A stretch of DNA of 64,000 nucleotides from Rhynchobatus australiae (lineage: Eukaryota): positions 78,123,710 to 78,187,709 of the forward strand of contig JAUZTB010000098.1 in the NCBI GenBank assembly GCA_034780895.1, read 5' to 3'. A model generated the notes under the pieces. The model did no database searches. It worked only from the letters and a program-made list of their open reading frames with translations, and had not been told where the DNA came from. A program made the translations under genes and the position numbers. Positions 12,801-26,959 of the stretch are shown piece by piece (position 1 is the stretch's first letter; each line of letters begins with the position of its first letter).

Positions 12801-13716
12801 CTGTAAATATAAAAAAGAGGAATGTTATCCCAATGTGATACATTTGGCAGCTATATCTAAAAGGCGAAAAAAAATAAACATTTATAAATTCAGCCCTTAT
12901 TTTATATCTCATTCAGTCTCAAATGGCCAGCTAAGAAGCAATGAACATGAAGCGCTGTGAAGACTCTCAGAGCTAGCAGAAATGTCATACAGCATCTGGG
13001 GTAGCAGCATGCAACAGCGATGTTACCCACCAGTTATGTGTCATGATGGGAAAGGGGCAAAAGATTAAGCAAACAGCATGGGGGCAAAGACCATTGTTCC
13101 ACAGGATAGAGACACAATCACGGCAGTTAATGCATTTTCACAGCCGAAATACATGGAAAAATGGAGAAGAGAGAAAACAGGTAATGACATTTATTTATAT
13201 TTATTTAATTTTCTTTCCCCATTACATCCCTGATCTCATACCAATTCCCAATTGGAAAGGCAATGCAAGCACATGGCACACAGGACATTCTACTCATGCC
13301 ACCCTTTAAGAAGGCCACCAAACGTCAGGACACCCAAGGCAATAGATTCTCTCATATTCATCCCAGTAGTAGAAGTAGGGAACTAGAATAACAGAAGAAA
13401 ATGAAACCAACAATCTCAATAAGCTAACAATGGATCGGCATGTTGTGGGAGCAACACTGGTATGATTGTCTGCATCAACTCCTCTGCAAATGAGATTTTA
13501 AAATGTTTGTATCAACTTTCTCCAAACTTTTTATTGTATTTTTTTAAGTGTAAGGAAAATTCAAAACCTACACAAATTTGACTGATTTAACTATCCAAGG
13601 CAAACAGCTAACTAGAAAAATGATAATAGTTAAATGAATCAAGTTGGAAGCAACCTTGAGTCTAATGAGGACTAAACATACAAAGGTGAAGTCAAATACA
13701 GGCCTTCTTATCCTAC

Positions 13717-13771
13717 CTAACAGCAAGACTACGCTCTTCGGTTGTTAGTTCTTCATCTTTACGACCCATCC
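13717..13771 (-). CDS. MBOAT1: MBOAT1 exon 6 (GMGRKDEELTTEERSLAVS)
   Basis: 55 nt; tttcaatag| ... |gtagga; phase 1/2 links exons 5 and 7. Confidence 0.9.
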
Positions 13772-14089
13772 CTATTGAAAATTAGAAGGAAGAAATTAGT
13801 GGAGAGCTCCAACAACGTTTGGTCTGNNNNNNNNNNNNNNNNNNNNNNNNNNNNNNNNNNNNNNNNNNNNNNNNNNNNNNNNNNNNNNNNNNNNNNNNNN
13901 NNNNNNNNNNNNNNNNNNNNNNNNNNTTGGTCTGTACCTATTAATGGCAATGGAGAACTTGCAAAATTCAGAAATATAAGCCACTCAAAAGCTACAAGAG
14001 TCTCTCATACCCACATAACACAATCCTTGCAATTGTTCTCTTGGCCGATACAAGATTCTCAATAAATCTCCACACTCAGATCAATTCAA

Positions 14090-14275
14090 ATTAGTGTGAA
14101 GTGTTGCATTTTGGGAAGTCAAATCAGGGTAGGATTTGTACAGTGAATGGTAGCGCCCTGGGGAGTGTTATGGAACAGAGGGACCGAGGAGTACAAGGAC
14201 ATTGCTTGTTGAAAGCGCTGTCACAGGTAGACAGGGTAGTGAAGAAGGCATTTGACATGCTGGCCTCCATCAGTC
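14090..14275 (+). mobile_element. CR1 LINE fragment, left half of an element split by a Rex insertion
   Basis: CEVLHFGKSNQGR..VNG.ALGSV.EQRD.GVQ...VDRVVKKAF.MLA is a typical CR1 ORF2 C-terminus. Confidence 0.85.
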
Positions 14276-16864
14276 TGCTGTGTGCTGTGTCTCACGGAAA
14301 TGTGGCTTATACCTGCTTCACTTGACTATGCAATACAACCTGAAGGCTTCTCAATTCACCGTACAGATTCCTTGGGAAAAGTTAGAGGCGGAAGGGTCTG
14401 CTTCTTAATCAATACCTCATGGTGCTTCAATGTGACAGTTCTGGAGAATTCCTGCTCACCCAGCTTGGAATATCCAACGGTGAAGTGTTGTCCGTACTAC
14501 ATGCCACTGGAGTTCATTTCAGCTACCCTGACGGCAGTCGACATCCCACCCCAGATGGACGTGAAGCCTACACTCAATGAACTATATTCTATGGTCAACA
14601 GCCTTGAAACGGGATACCAAGCCAACTTGAAAAGTGTGTTACCAAAATACTACCAGCATGTCTCATGTCCCACCAGAGGCCCAAACACCCTTGACCATTG
14701 CTATACAACTATCAAAGATGCCTACTTAGCCACTCCCCACCTTCACTTTGGTAAGTTAGACCACCAGGCTGTGCTCCTTCTCCCTGCATACATGCAGAAG
14801 CTGAAATAGGAGGATCCAGTACAGAAAGTCGTACAGTGCTGGTCTCAGGAAATAGATGAGCTTCTACGTGACTGCTTTGAATTAGGGACAGGTCCATGTT
14901 CAAAGACTCAGCTGCCAGCCTAGATGAGTATGTCACCACCATCATGGACTTTATGAGCAAGTGTGTTGAGGACTGTGTACCAAAGAGGACAATACATATG
15001 TTCCCAAACAGGAAACCATGGATGAACCAGGAGATCCACTCCCTAATGAAGTCGAGGACTGTGGCTTTCAAGTTAGCTGACTCTGACCTATACCAGAAAT
15101 CGAGATACGACCTCCATAAAGCTATTAGAGATGCTAAGAGACAATATCAGTGCAAAATAGAATCCCAGGCCAGCTGTCAGTTGTGGCAGGGCTTACATGC
15201 TATAACGTGCTACAAAACGAAGTCAGGCAGCATCACGCTGACAACAGCACATCCCTTCCCGATGATTTTAACACAGTCCATGTACATTTTGAACAGAAGG
15301 GGATTGGCATTTCACCACCCACCCCAACAGACTCCAACGTACCTGAACCCACTGCGGATGTAAGATCAGTTTTACAGAAAGTGAACCCGCGGAAAGCATC
15401 TGGCCTGGATGGTGTCCCTGGCTGTATCCTTAGATCCTGTGCAAATCAGCTGGTGGGAGTATTTGCAGACATTTTTAACCTCTCCCTGCTTCAATCTGAG
15501 GTTCTCACCTGCCTTAAGAAGACCATTATCATCCCTGTACCTAAGAAAAACAAGGTAACGCGCCTTAATGACTACCGCCCAGTGGCTCAGATACCCACCA
15601 TCATGAAGTGCTTTGAGAGGCTGATCATGGCACACATCAACTCCAGCCTCCCAGGAAACCTCAACCCACTGCCATTCGTCTACCACTGAAACGGGTCTAC
15701 GGCGGATGCCAACTCCCTGGCCCTACACTCATCTCTGGAGCATCTGGACAGTAAAACCCCTATGTTGGACTATTGTTTATTGACTACTGTAATTCCAAGC
15801 AGACTCCGTGACCTGGGACCCAACATCTCCCTTTGCAACTGGATCCTTGACTTCCTGAACAACAGACTGCAATCGGTGAGGATAGGCAGCAATACCTCAA
15901 ACACAATTATTCTCAACACTGGTGCCTCACAAGGCTGTGTCCTCAGCCCCTACTCTACTCCCTTTAAACTCATGACTGTGTGGCCAGATTCTGCTCTAAC
16001 TCCATCTACAAGTTTGCAGATGATNNNNNNNNNNNNNNNNNNNNNNNNNNNNNNNNNNNNNNNNNNNNNNNNNNNNNNNNNNNNNNNNNNNNNNNNNNNN
16101 NNNNNNNNNNNNNNNNNNNNNNNNNNNNNNNNNNNNNNNNNNNNNNNNNNNNNNNNNNNNNNNNNNNNNNNNNNNNNNNNNNNNNNNNNNNNNNNNNNNN
16201 NNNNNNNNNNNNNNNNNNNNNNNNNACATTACCAAAAGCCTGTCCTGCTCCAACCACGTCGAATGTTAGGGCCAAAAAAGCTCACCATGCCCCTATTTCC
16301 TCTAGGAGGGTAAAGAAATTTGGCATGTCCCCTTTGACACACCAATTTTTATTGATGCATCATAGAAATCATCCTACCTGGATGCATCACAGCTCAGTAT
16401 GGCAACTGCTCTGCCCGGGGCTGCAAGGAATTGCTGAGAGTTTTGGACACAGCTCAGCACATCATAGACCTCTTACTGCCTCGGTAAAGCAGTCAGCATA
16501 AACAAAGACCCCACCCATTCTCTCTTCTCCCCTTTCTCATCGGGCAGAAGATACAAAAGCCTGAAAACACATACCACCAGGCTCAAGGACAACTTCTATC
16601 TCGCAGTTATGAGTATTGAACATTTCCCTAGTACGAAAAGATGAAGTCATGATCTCACAATCTACCTCGTTATGACCTTGCATCTTATAGTCTACCTGCA
16701 CTCTACTTTCTCTGTAGCTGTGACACTTTATTCTGCATTTTGTATTGTTGTACCATGTATTACCTCCATGCACTGTGTAATGAATTGATCAGTATGAACA
16801 GTATACAAGACAAGTTTTTCTCTGTACTTCGGTACAAGTGACATAATAAACCAATTCCAATTCC
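14276..16864 (+). mobile_element. Rex1/Babar-clade LINE, 5'-truncated, endonuclease plus RT, inactivated
   Basis: Endonuclease motifs LCLTE.WL, RGG.VC and TRGPNTLDHCY; RT motifs KASGLDG, DYRPVA, MKCFERL, GA.QGCVLSP and KFADD; frameshifts and stops; tail AATAAA(CCAATT)n. Confidence 0.9.
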
Positions 16865-17430
16865 ATTGTGTATCGGTGGTGGGAAATTATGTTGCAGTTG
16901 TACAAGACATTGCTGAGATGGCACTTGGAGTATTGTGAACAATTTTGGTTGCCCTGTTATAGGGAAAGACATCATTAAACTGGAAAGAATGCAGAGAATA
17001 TGTATGAGGATGCTGCCAGGATTTGAGGGCCTGAGTTACAAGGAGAGGTTGGGTAGACTAGGATTTTATTCCTTGAAACATGGGAGATTGAGGTGTGACC
17101 TTAGAGGTGTATAAAATCATGAGGGGATGAGAGGCACAGACAGAGTGACCCACATAGTTTTTTTCCCAGGAAAGAGGAACAAAAAACTGGAGGGCATAGG
17201 TTTAAGATGAGAGGTGAAAGATTTAAAAGGGACCTGAGGGATAAGGTCTTCATGCAGAAGGTGGTGCATATATAAAATGAGTTGCCAGAGAAAATGGTTG
17301 AGGCAGGTATAACGTTTAAAAGACATTTGGATAAGTCCATGGATAAGAGGGTATTAGATGAATATGGGTCAAATGTGGGCAAAATGGGACTAGCTTGGTG
17401 GGCACTACAGTTGACATGGATAGGTTGGGC
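16865..17430 (+). mobile_element. CR1 LINE 3' end, right half of the split element
   Basis: MLQLYKTL.R.HLEYC...LERMQR continues the 14090-14275 fragment and is followed by the CR1 3' UTR. Confidence 0.85.
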
Positions 17431-18371
17431 NNNNNNNNNNNNNNNNNNNNNNNNNNNNNNNNNNNNNNNNNNNNNNNNNNNNNNNNNNNNNNNNNNNNNN
17501 NNNNNNNNNNNNNNNNNNNNNNNNNNNNNNNNNNNNNNNNNNNNNNNNNNNNNNNNNNNNNNNNNNNNNNNNNNNNNNNNNNNNNNNNNNNNNNNNNNNN
17601 NNNNNNNNNNNNNNNNNNNNNNNNNNNNNNNNNNNNNNNNNNNNNNNNNNNNNNNNNNNNNNNNNNNNNNNNNNNNNNNNNNNNNNNNNNNNNNNNNNNN
17701 NNNNNNNNNNNNNNNNNNNNNNNNNNNNNNNNNNNNNNNNNNNNNNNNNNNNNNNNNNNNNNNNNNNNNNNNNNNNNNNNNNNNNNNNNNNNNNNNNNNN
17801 NNNNNNNNNNNNNNNNNNNNNNNNNNNNNNNNNNNNNNNNNNNNNNNNNNNNNNNNNNNNNNNNNNNNNNNNNNNNNNNNNNNNNNNNNNNNNNNNNNNN
17901 NNNNNNNNNNNNNNNNNNNNNNNNNNNNNNNNNNNNNNNNNNNNNNNNNNNNNNNNNNNNNNNNNNNNNNNNNNNNNNNNNNNNNNNNNNNNNNNNNNNN
18001 NNNNNNNNNNNNNNNNNNNNNNNNNNNNNNNNNNNNNNNNNNNNNNNNNNNNNNNNNNNNNNNNNNNNNNNNNNNNNNNNNNNNNNNNNNNNNNNNNNNN
18101 NNNNNNNNNNNNNNNNNNNNNNNNNNNNNNNNNNNNNNNNNNNNNNNNNNNNNNNNNNNNNNNNNNNNNNNNNNNNNNNNNNNNNNNNNNNNNNNNNNNN
18201 NNNNNNNNNNNNNNNNNNNNNNNNNNNNNNNNNNNNNNNNNNNNNNNNNNNNNNNNNNNNNNNNNNNNNNNNNNNNNNNNNNNNNNNNNNNNNNNNNNNN
18301 NNNNNNNNNNNNNNNNNNNNNNNNNNNNNNNNNNNNNNNNNNNNNNNNNNNNNNNNNNNNNNNNNNNNNNN

Positions 18372-18700
18372 CTAGACTTAAGGACAGCTTCTACCCCACT
18401 GTGATAAGACTATTGAACAGTTCCCTTATACAATGAGATGGACTAGGACCTCATGATCTACCCTGTTGTGACCTTGTACCTTATTGCACAGCACTTTCTC
18501 TGTAGCTGTGACACTTTATTCTGTACTGTTACTGTTTTTACCCGTACTACATCAATGCACTTTGTACTAACTCAATGTAACTACACTGTGTAATGAATTG
18601 ACTTGTACGATCGGTTTGTAAGACAAGCTTTTCACTGTAGCTCAGTACAAGTGACAATAATAAACCAAACCAATGTGACAATAATAAACCAATCTAATTT
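18372..18700 (+). mobile_element. Rex1/Babar 3' end with duplicated tail
   Basis: RLKDSFYPTVIRLLN, a 3' UTR similar to 16580-16860, and gtgacaataataaaccaa twice. Confidence 0.85.
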
Positions 18701-18794
18701 ACCAATTTCCACTTGATTTTCCACCTTAGGTTCTAAGCTCTGCTCTTACTTTGCTTTAATGCTTGATATGAAGTGAAGGCAGCTGATATTTCAG

Positions 18795-19010
18795 TTCAGA
18801 ATAAAAACAAAGTAGTAAAAACACTGCACATCAGGCAGAATTTGTGGAAAGAGATTCAAGGTTAAAGACCCTTCCTCAGAATTGGCAGGAAAAAAAAAAG
18901 TTGTGAAATGGTCTTCAACCTAAAATGTTAACTTTGTTCCTCACTCCACAGATGTTGCCTGGCCTATTGAATGTTTCCAACGTTTTGTTTTTTATTTCAT
19001 ATTTCTGAAG
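18795..19010. mobile_element. Inverted pair of Penelope-type terminal repeats
   Basis: A minus copy (catcaggcagaatttgtggaaagag) faces a plus copy (ctccacagatgttgcctggcct) of the same repeat seen at 51670-51800. Confidence 0.55.
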
Positions 19011-19789
19011 GCCAACTTTTTTTTTAACACATGGAGGGTGGTACGTATATGGAATAAGCTGTCAGAGAAAGTGGCTGAGGCAGGTAGAATAACAACTTTT
19101 AACAGACAGTTGGACAGGTACATGGATAGGAAAGGTTGAGAAGGATTTGGCATTTTAGCTGACGTGGACCATTTGGGCTGAAGGGCCTGTTACAGTGCTG
19201 TTTGACTCTCTGACTACGACTATTTGCATCAACTGCAGTTTTTTTAATGATTGTCATTGTTATTTCAGGTAATACAAGTTTCACAACATTTCTCAGACAA
19301 ACAAAATATACATTTCAGAAAAGGTGGCAATTCATTAAGACTATGTACAAGGTGCAATAATTTAGTGATTTAACATTTGAAATAGCTGTAAAATGTCATC
19401 CAATCATAACTTGGTGTCAAAGTCTGCAAGCTCTGCTGCTGCACACACATGCATACAGGAGGTCTGAAGCATGATTAAATAAAAATTCTCCCTAAGTTGT
19501 TACTTTGATGTTTTACTGTAAAAGCAATTCTTACAAAATATACTGCTTCAACACATAACGGAAACCCATGTTTGTATTTTCCTCTAAAATATACCAATGC
19601 TGATTCTTATGATCCTTTTCACACACAGGGTCCAGCTGCAATGGTCGGTGGCCCCTTGAAACTCACCTGGCTCTGTTTCCTGCACTCCCTTGAAGCTCAT
19701 CTGGTTCCATTTCCCACACTCCCTGGGGCTTTCCCACAACTCTCCCCCCCAAGCCCCTCACGCTTTCTTTAAACTGACCAATTTCATTA

Positions 19790-20600
19790 GAAAATTTATT
19801 ACTCGACTGTGTAACATCTTAAAAAAATGAATTAGAAGTACATTGGAGTATTAGTAGGAATACCATCCAACAGGCCAGATGCTTTTGCTTTATTTCCATG
19901 GTCAGACACCCAGTGCCCAGTGCAGAAGGACTCTTCACTGTTGCTGTTTCCCCAGAGAGGTCTTGCAGTAGCTGCACTAGGCTTCAGCATTTCCTTCAGC
20001 ACATAGGCCTGGGCCTTGGAATGTTCAAAGTTTGCAATCTTCAGCCATAGGCAGTTCCTCGTATTGGAAGTCTAGCAAGTTTCGAGTGGACCAGAGGATG
20101 CCTATCAAGGAGCTGACCTTCCAGCAGCAATTGGTGTTTTCCCCTGAGAACGTGAGCTGTATGGGATGAACCTTGACAACAATCACTGAATTCCTTTCCA
20201 AAACCTTCCTGGCACATACACAGTTCATAGAGAAATGGATGTTCCATTTCTAAAGGCATCCTGGGCTTTTCTCACCGGCAGCCATGGTGCTTGCTTTAAA
20301 GTTATAGTGATGAAGCATTCCACCAAATGCTTTGACAGTCTGCTCAGGACCCATCCGGCAAAATCCATGGTCTTCTTTTCCCACAGATCCTTAAAGACAT
20401 TGTGCGCAGACCACTGCCTGGTTGACATGGTCAAAGGTTTCCTTCTGTACAAAATTACAACAGGGGATGGGTGGGACAGCACAGAAATGCACAAAACACT
20501 GCAGCAACATGACCAGACCCTTCCTTTGCAAAACCAGGGACAGGCAGATTTCCAGGCAAACCTTTTTATTACCTCTATCATAAACCACACTTATACCTAG
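19790..20600 (-). mobile_element. L1/Tx1-clade LINE 3' end, degraded
   Basis: RQWSAHNV, TNCCWK...LWSTRNLL.FQ..EL.....CKL.HSK.Q.YVL; homologous to 61670-62940; minus-strand AATAAA at 19795-19800. Confidence 0.7.
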
Positions 20601-22181
20601 AAAAGTGAATCAACATTATCAAAATTAAGATTAAGTCCACCATTTGTGCTGTGTACTAGTCACATCAAGGTGACCTCCAAATTTTCAGGTATTTATGGAT
20701 GCAGCCAAGGTAACTGTCCCTGCTTTGCTGAATCTGTTCATAATCCATATCGTGGTCTGCAGAACTACACATCAAGCTCAATATAACACCAATTAAGTAA
20801 AAGGAAAATGGCTAAGTTTGAGAAAGGCACCAAAATAAAAAGAGTGAGGGGGAAGGATGCAGGAGCAGCAAAACAACTTATGCCATAAAATCTAACTAGC
20901 AGCCAATGAAATTGAGAAACATAAGCAGATGAAGAATTATACCATGAAAACAAGTGACAAAGTGGCAAAGGCAGAAATACTTTGAAAGCGATGGGTGCTT
21001 CCAGAGATAAGTAATTGAAAGCATCACTCAGAACACGATACTGGTCTATAGACTGCTTAACAATTGAGAGAAGCAGTTGCCATGTAGGATGCAGTTAAGT
21101 ATTAAACAGAACTAAGATCATCAATTCAGAATAATTCATCAAAAATAGGAAAGTAAGACCAATAAAAATAAAAGACCAACACAAACAAATTTTAAACAAG
21201 GCATCAGACCCAGAGAGCTATAACTTCCAGAGAAAGCAAAAATGGAAAAAGAATTAAGGAAAGTTTTATCATTTGGATACCCTGTTGGGACAGTTAGGAT
21301 ATTAGCAGCATATTTTCAACTAACTGAATGCTTTATTCCTTATTCTTCACTTTTCTTATTTAGTTTTATGAAAGGGAAGCACAAATTCCTGACTGATATT
21401 TCTGAAGCTGGTGAACCTGGTAAAGTGGGCCAGAAAGGCAAAAGTCGGAGTATTGATTGCTTAGAAATTCAGAATGGCAAGTTCCAATATAAAACAACAA
21501 GAAATGTTTACACCTGTGCTGCTTATATCTAATCCAGTCCATGAGGTGGTTCCTTCTGAACCATCTCCATGAGCAGGTCCTACCACTGAAAATAGCAAGT
21601 CCGGCCCCCAGGGAATGTTTGGCAGCTGGTTAAGCTACTCCACATGGCTAACTGGCAGTCAAAAGTTTCAAACTGTTTCTAATTGTCTCAACTTCACACA
21701 AGTTCAAAAGTTATTATTAATTATGCTATAAAAAGTTATAAATAAACATTAACTTAAAAATAAGTAGCTAATGTCAAAACTATCAGACGTGGAGTGTTCC
21801 AGTAACTTCAGATACTGATACTAAATTACGGTAAATGACATTCACACATTGACATCCCCTAGTATTTAGATTTTTACAGTCTGCCTTGCACCAAAAAATT
21901 GGTGAGGAAAGGGACCAGGTCTTGCCATGCTTTCCCAGAGTCATCCAACACTCTACAAGACTCTTCCACATCCTCAGTCATACTTAAAATGTGACTAATG
22001 GCTTTAAGTTTGAACAGATGCTATGATTAACAAATACATCCCAACAGCTATATAGCAAAGATTCATTATAATGAATATTCCCATGCGCACAAAACATAAA
22101 ATTTATCAATAATTTACCTGCATAAAATTTTTTTAAAAGTTCCACAAATCAACACCAAGCGTAGATCATTAGGTTTCTTAC

Positions 22182-22237
22182 CATCATGTATTTGAAAGGC
22201 AAGGCTGGTGATTTTCTGGGTGACTATCATCAAAGGA
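22182..22237 (-). CDS. MBOAT1: MBOAT1 exon 5 (PLMIVTQKITSLAFQIHDG)
   Basis: 56 nt; ctttttag| ... |gtaaga; conserved M..TQKIT.LA...HDG motif. Confidence 0.96.
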
Positions 22238-23859
22238 CTAAAAAGGAAAGGAAAATAGTTTCAGCTTTTCCTTTATGTGTAATGAACAACAGAAACAGAT
22301 GCTAAATAAAGCAGATAATATGAGTTTGCTGATGCACAGAAAATGGCATGCAAAAATCCTAAATGCAACTTAACCATATAGTCATAGTTATTTCTTCTGT
22401 ATCTCTAAGGACCCAATCCCCCATGTTCAGTTATAACATAGCATTAATAAACTGGAGTTCTTTAAACACACTGCCAATTTTAAACTTCTGCTTCATTAAC
22501 TCTTGTTAAAAGTGCAAATGGTGGGATTCATTCTTTCTGGATTATTGGCAGCAACATTTCAAAACTCTGAACCCGTGACATTGGTTATTAATTATTGGGT
22601 AGGTAGTTGTTCAAAGTTTCACTTTATTAGATATTTTGCTTCTGATAATATATAGAGTCCAGGTTTTAATAATTTTATTTTCAATCTGTAGACTTGCAAG
22701 CAAGAGATGAACACCATAATTCAAGTCACTAAAGCCTATGATTCAGCAGTTGAAACCTACAGTATTTAAAGCAATAATTTACACATGGATGGCTGATAAT
22801 TTTCCGACCTGAGGTATTGGACATTTGGGTTTTAGATATTTAACCAAATGTAAACTGGCAATGGGTCGAGGGATATTAGGCAAATACAGAAATATCTCAA
22901 AATTCATTGCTGATCTAATTTCTACGTTCAACTGCACTTGATATATGAGCTGTGCCATTCATTTGATTACAGTACTTTGTAACACTTTATCTTAATTTTT
23001 TTTTAAACAAAGGCAGCTATTCTGGGGCACTTTTCTAATGAAATTCAGAAGTTATCCAGTTCAGATGGAATGGCAGAACTTTTTTTTTCCGTTGTACATC
23101 TACAAAAAAATCATTGACATTTTAAACTACACCTGTAATTGGGAAGTAGAAAAACAAAGGACCACTTCAGGGTAAAGTAGTTTAATACCAGGGTGCTGGG
23201 GGAAGACAAAAAAGTGAATATACTCTTTCTGAAATATGGCAAAGTAGTATCACATGGAGGTAGTTTAAATAAGGATGCTTTTACTATTGATTTATGAGAT
23301 GTGGGCATTATCAATAAGGACAACATTTACTTCTCAAACTTATATGTCCTTAAGAAGTGAGTCACATTCTGAACCACTGCAGTCCTTCAGGTGAACGCAC
23401 TCATACAATACGATATTGGGTAGTGAGTTCCAGAATTTAGACCCAGCAATAATGATAGATCAAAAACATTTCTGAAATGGAATGGTGTGTGAATTGGTGG
23501 GGAACTTGGAAATCAATAATAAACAGCAATTAGTTTACTGGTTCTTGATCTACACCTGATGATTTCTCAAAGCTGTAGCCTTCCAATATTTTACCCTCTG
23601 GACATTGTGTAAACCAGGTACCTGTGAATAAAAAGTACACCCTTTTCTATCTCACTGGCCCACAAAACAGAGTATCAGAATCCGTTGAGGAAACTCTGGA
23701 CATGCCTTCTATATCCTTACTTTTAGATGAAATGCTCCAATCTAGGAGATATCAAAGACAATCTCATATTTTACTGAAATATTAAACTAGTTAAAAAAAT
23801 TATTGAAACCCAAACTGAAATACTAATGTGAAACAAAAAAAAATCAGCATGCAGGCACA

Positions 23860-24330
23860 GCGAGTACTTGGGAAAGCTGGGTTCTAAATGAGTGGGTAAT
23901 GGAGTAGGGGACACCATAGCTGGACTAATATATACAGTTTTGATCTCCATATTGAAAGAAGGATATCTTTGCATTGGAAACTGTGCAGAGAAGATTCACG
24001 AGGTTGATTCATGTGATGAAGGGGCTGTCATTTGATGAAAAGTTGAGCAGATGGAATCTATACTCAATGGAAAATGGAAGCATGAGAGGGGTGCTTACTG
24101 CAACATTAAATTCTGAATGGGGACTGACAGGGTGAATGCTGAGACCACGCTCCCGCTATTGAGATATCTGGAACTAGGCTGCATGGTTTTCAAATAAGGG
24201 ATCATCCATTTAAACCAGAAACAAAGAAGAATTTCTTCTCTTAAAGGGTAATGGAATACTCCACCCCAAAAAGCTGTAGAGATTGAATTGTTGAATATAG
24301 ACATGGTGATGACAGATAGATATCTACGGT
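23860..24330 (+). mobile_element. CR1 LINE 3' fragment
   Basis: LETVQRRFTRLI..MKGLS remnant and CR1-like 3' UTR. Confidence 0.75.
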
Positions 24331-26863
24331 GGCATGCAAAAGTTTCGGCACCTCGATCAAAATCTCTGTTACCGTGAATAGCTAAGCAAGTAAAAGATGA
24401 CCTGATTTCCAAAAGGCATAAAGTTAAAGATGACACATTTCTTTACTATTTTAAGCAANNNNNNNNNNNNNNNNNNNNNNNNNNNNNNNNNNNNNNNNNN
24501 NNNNNNNNNNNNNNNNNNNNNNNNNNNNNNNNNNNNNNNNNNNNNNNNNNNNNNNNNNNNNNNNNNNNNNNNNNNNNNNNNNNNNNNNNNNNNNNNNNNN
24601 NNNNNNNNNNNNNNNNNNNNNNNNNNNNNNNNNNNNNNNNNNNNNNNNNNNNNNNNNNNNNNNNNNNNNNNNNNNNNNNNNNNNNNNNNNNNNNNNNNNN
24701 NNNNNNNNNNNNNNNNNNNNNNNNNNNNNNNNNNNNNNNNNNNNNNNNNNNNNNNNNNNNNNNNNNNNNNNNNNNNNNNNNNNNNNNNNNNNNNNNNNNN
24801 NNNNNNNNNNNNNNCACACTAACCACAAAATTGCTACATTAATGTTTTAATAACTAGTGCTGTTCTTTAGCTCTTTTGAGAGCTGCAGCTCCATTTTAAT
24901 ACAAAGAAATTTGTATCTCACTCACTAAACAAATGCGGAGCAGTTTTACATTTTTCTTTTCAGTTGTTCTTCATTAAAGGATATGCTATTGTTCCCAAAA
25001 TAGACAAACAGTCATTAAAATTTTTGCAGAATATTACTGCAAACATTACACAGATTATAAAATGCATTTTCAATGTTACAGAACAGAAAAAGTGTCAGAA
25101 ATATTAAAAGTCAAAGATACATCCTATGTTTAGTACTTCTGAAATAGAACTTTGATAATGCATTTATAAATGTTAGTGGTATTCCTCAGAAGAACTTGGT
25201 GGCCAAATAGTTATGTGGCTAGATTAATTATTCTGAGGTTACAAATTCAAATCTCACCATGAAAATTGAATTTAACAAAACCAGGTCTTTTGTGACTTTG
25301 GATCAGAAACAATGACTGTAAAAGGAAAACAGATGGTTATTTAAAAACCCAAACTGGCTCACTAATGTCCTTCAGGGAGATCTTGCCAACTTCTTGCTGA
25401 AACTGTGCACGACTCCAGTCCCACATTATTCCCAATAGGGATTGCCCAGTGTCCTCAAGGAAGAAAAAAAAATCTACAAATATCCTTGAGAAGACACAAT
25501 TACCAGAATAAATCAATAGAAGGAATAAAAGGAAATGGTATCAAATTATGCCTACTGAACACACTTGCATAGAAATTAGATCATGCAGCACAACATTTTT
25601 ATACACTACACAATCCAATTTCTTTAAAAAAAATCATATGCAAAAATCAGTGACATACAGCAATGGTTTCAAAAGTTTTCATCATCGCACACAGGTCTCC
25701 AACATGCATTCAGGTCGGTGTGCCCCATGAGGAGCTGAATAATATCTGTGCAAAAACTGGATGCCTTAAGAGTACAAAATAGACAAAGCAATACTACCTA
25801 GACTTTTTGAGATCCAAGGAGAGGTATTCATTAGGAAGAATCCCTCTACCTGCCCACATACTCTAACCCTGGATCTGACAACAATCAGGTAGTTGATCCC
25901 TTATATCTTCACAGAAACCAGGGACAGATAATACACATTATTTATGGAATTTTCAGGATCTCAATAGAGAAAAAAAAGTGCTGAGATGCTGAAACATATT
26001 GTCAACATTGTTTATTTCGTTCAAATATTGAAGAAAATGCATTTGTGTTAATATAATATGTAATCTGACAATAATAAATAATCCACTGTCACATTTAATC
26101 ACAAAATGCTGTTAAATGTAATACTTCCCATATCCACAACATGTATAGTAGAGAGTAATGTTGGTTTATTACAAAATTCAACAAATTCTAGTTATCTCAC
26201 AGCCAACATGCCACAATATACAGCACACCAAGATTTTTTTTGCAAATGATACAGCAACTATGAAAAGGCACAACTCACCAAAAGGATCCACTGAGCATAA
26301 AGGAAAAGAAGAAACAGATCAACATGACAGACGGCACATAACGGGAAGCTCAATGATTGAAATGAAGTGTAAAAATAACCATGAAGGTGTCTTTAAAATG
26401 GCAAAAGTGAATTCAGCAGGTTACCACATTGCAACACCTACTCCTCAATAGAGATATCAATACTTCATGGATCCTTAGTGAGAAATAACAAAAGTAAATG
26501 CGGGAACTGCTTGAAAGCTTCATGGACAGGATATTACACCAGGAATTACAAACCAGATTTCAAATCCCAGTATTGGCAGTGGGAAACACAGTAGAAGTCC
26601 TCCAAAGAGGAAGCAGAGCTGGGTTTTACTGAACATAAGGGAACAGGCCAAGTGTACTCCTTCCCACTTCACTCAAGCACATTTCTTGGCATCTTAGCTG
26701 TTGCAATAAATGGACTGGTTAAATGGTGAACTTTCTCTTGTAAGAAGCTAGTATAGAAAAAAAAACTACAACATTCAGTCACCATCCTACATCTTGAATA
26801 CAGGAGGGGCTGTATGCTTTAAAAGCTAAATCACAACTAAGAAATATCTGAAAAAGAACTCAC

Positions 26864-26959
26864 CCAGAGAAATCTGTGGACAGCAGTCCATAATTGAAGA
26901 TATACACTCTACTAATCTGGCACACTGTGAGATAGCCCATTGCTGCTACAAATGAATAC
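26864..26959 (-). CDS. MBOAT1: MBOAT1 exon 4 (YSFVAAMGYLTVCQISRVYIFNYGLLSTDFSG)
   Basis: 96 nt; cctttag| ... |gtgagt; conserved MBOAT1/2 sequence. Confidence 0.96.

Noticed and set aside
14252-16501. Overlapping 150-185 aa ORFs resembling an RT gene cluster
   Set aside because: They are frameshifted pieces of one dead Rex1/Babar ORF, not a novel RT system.
17282-18436. Long ORFs spanning N runs (also 4403-5140, 24430-24828, 38533-38877, 42197-42972, 49907-50336)
   Set aside because: Their length comes from X codons across assembly gaps.
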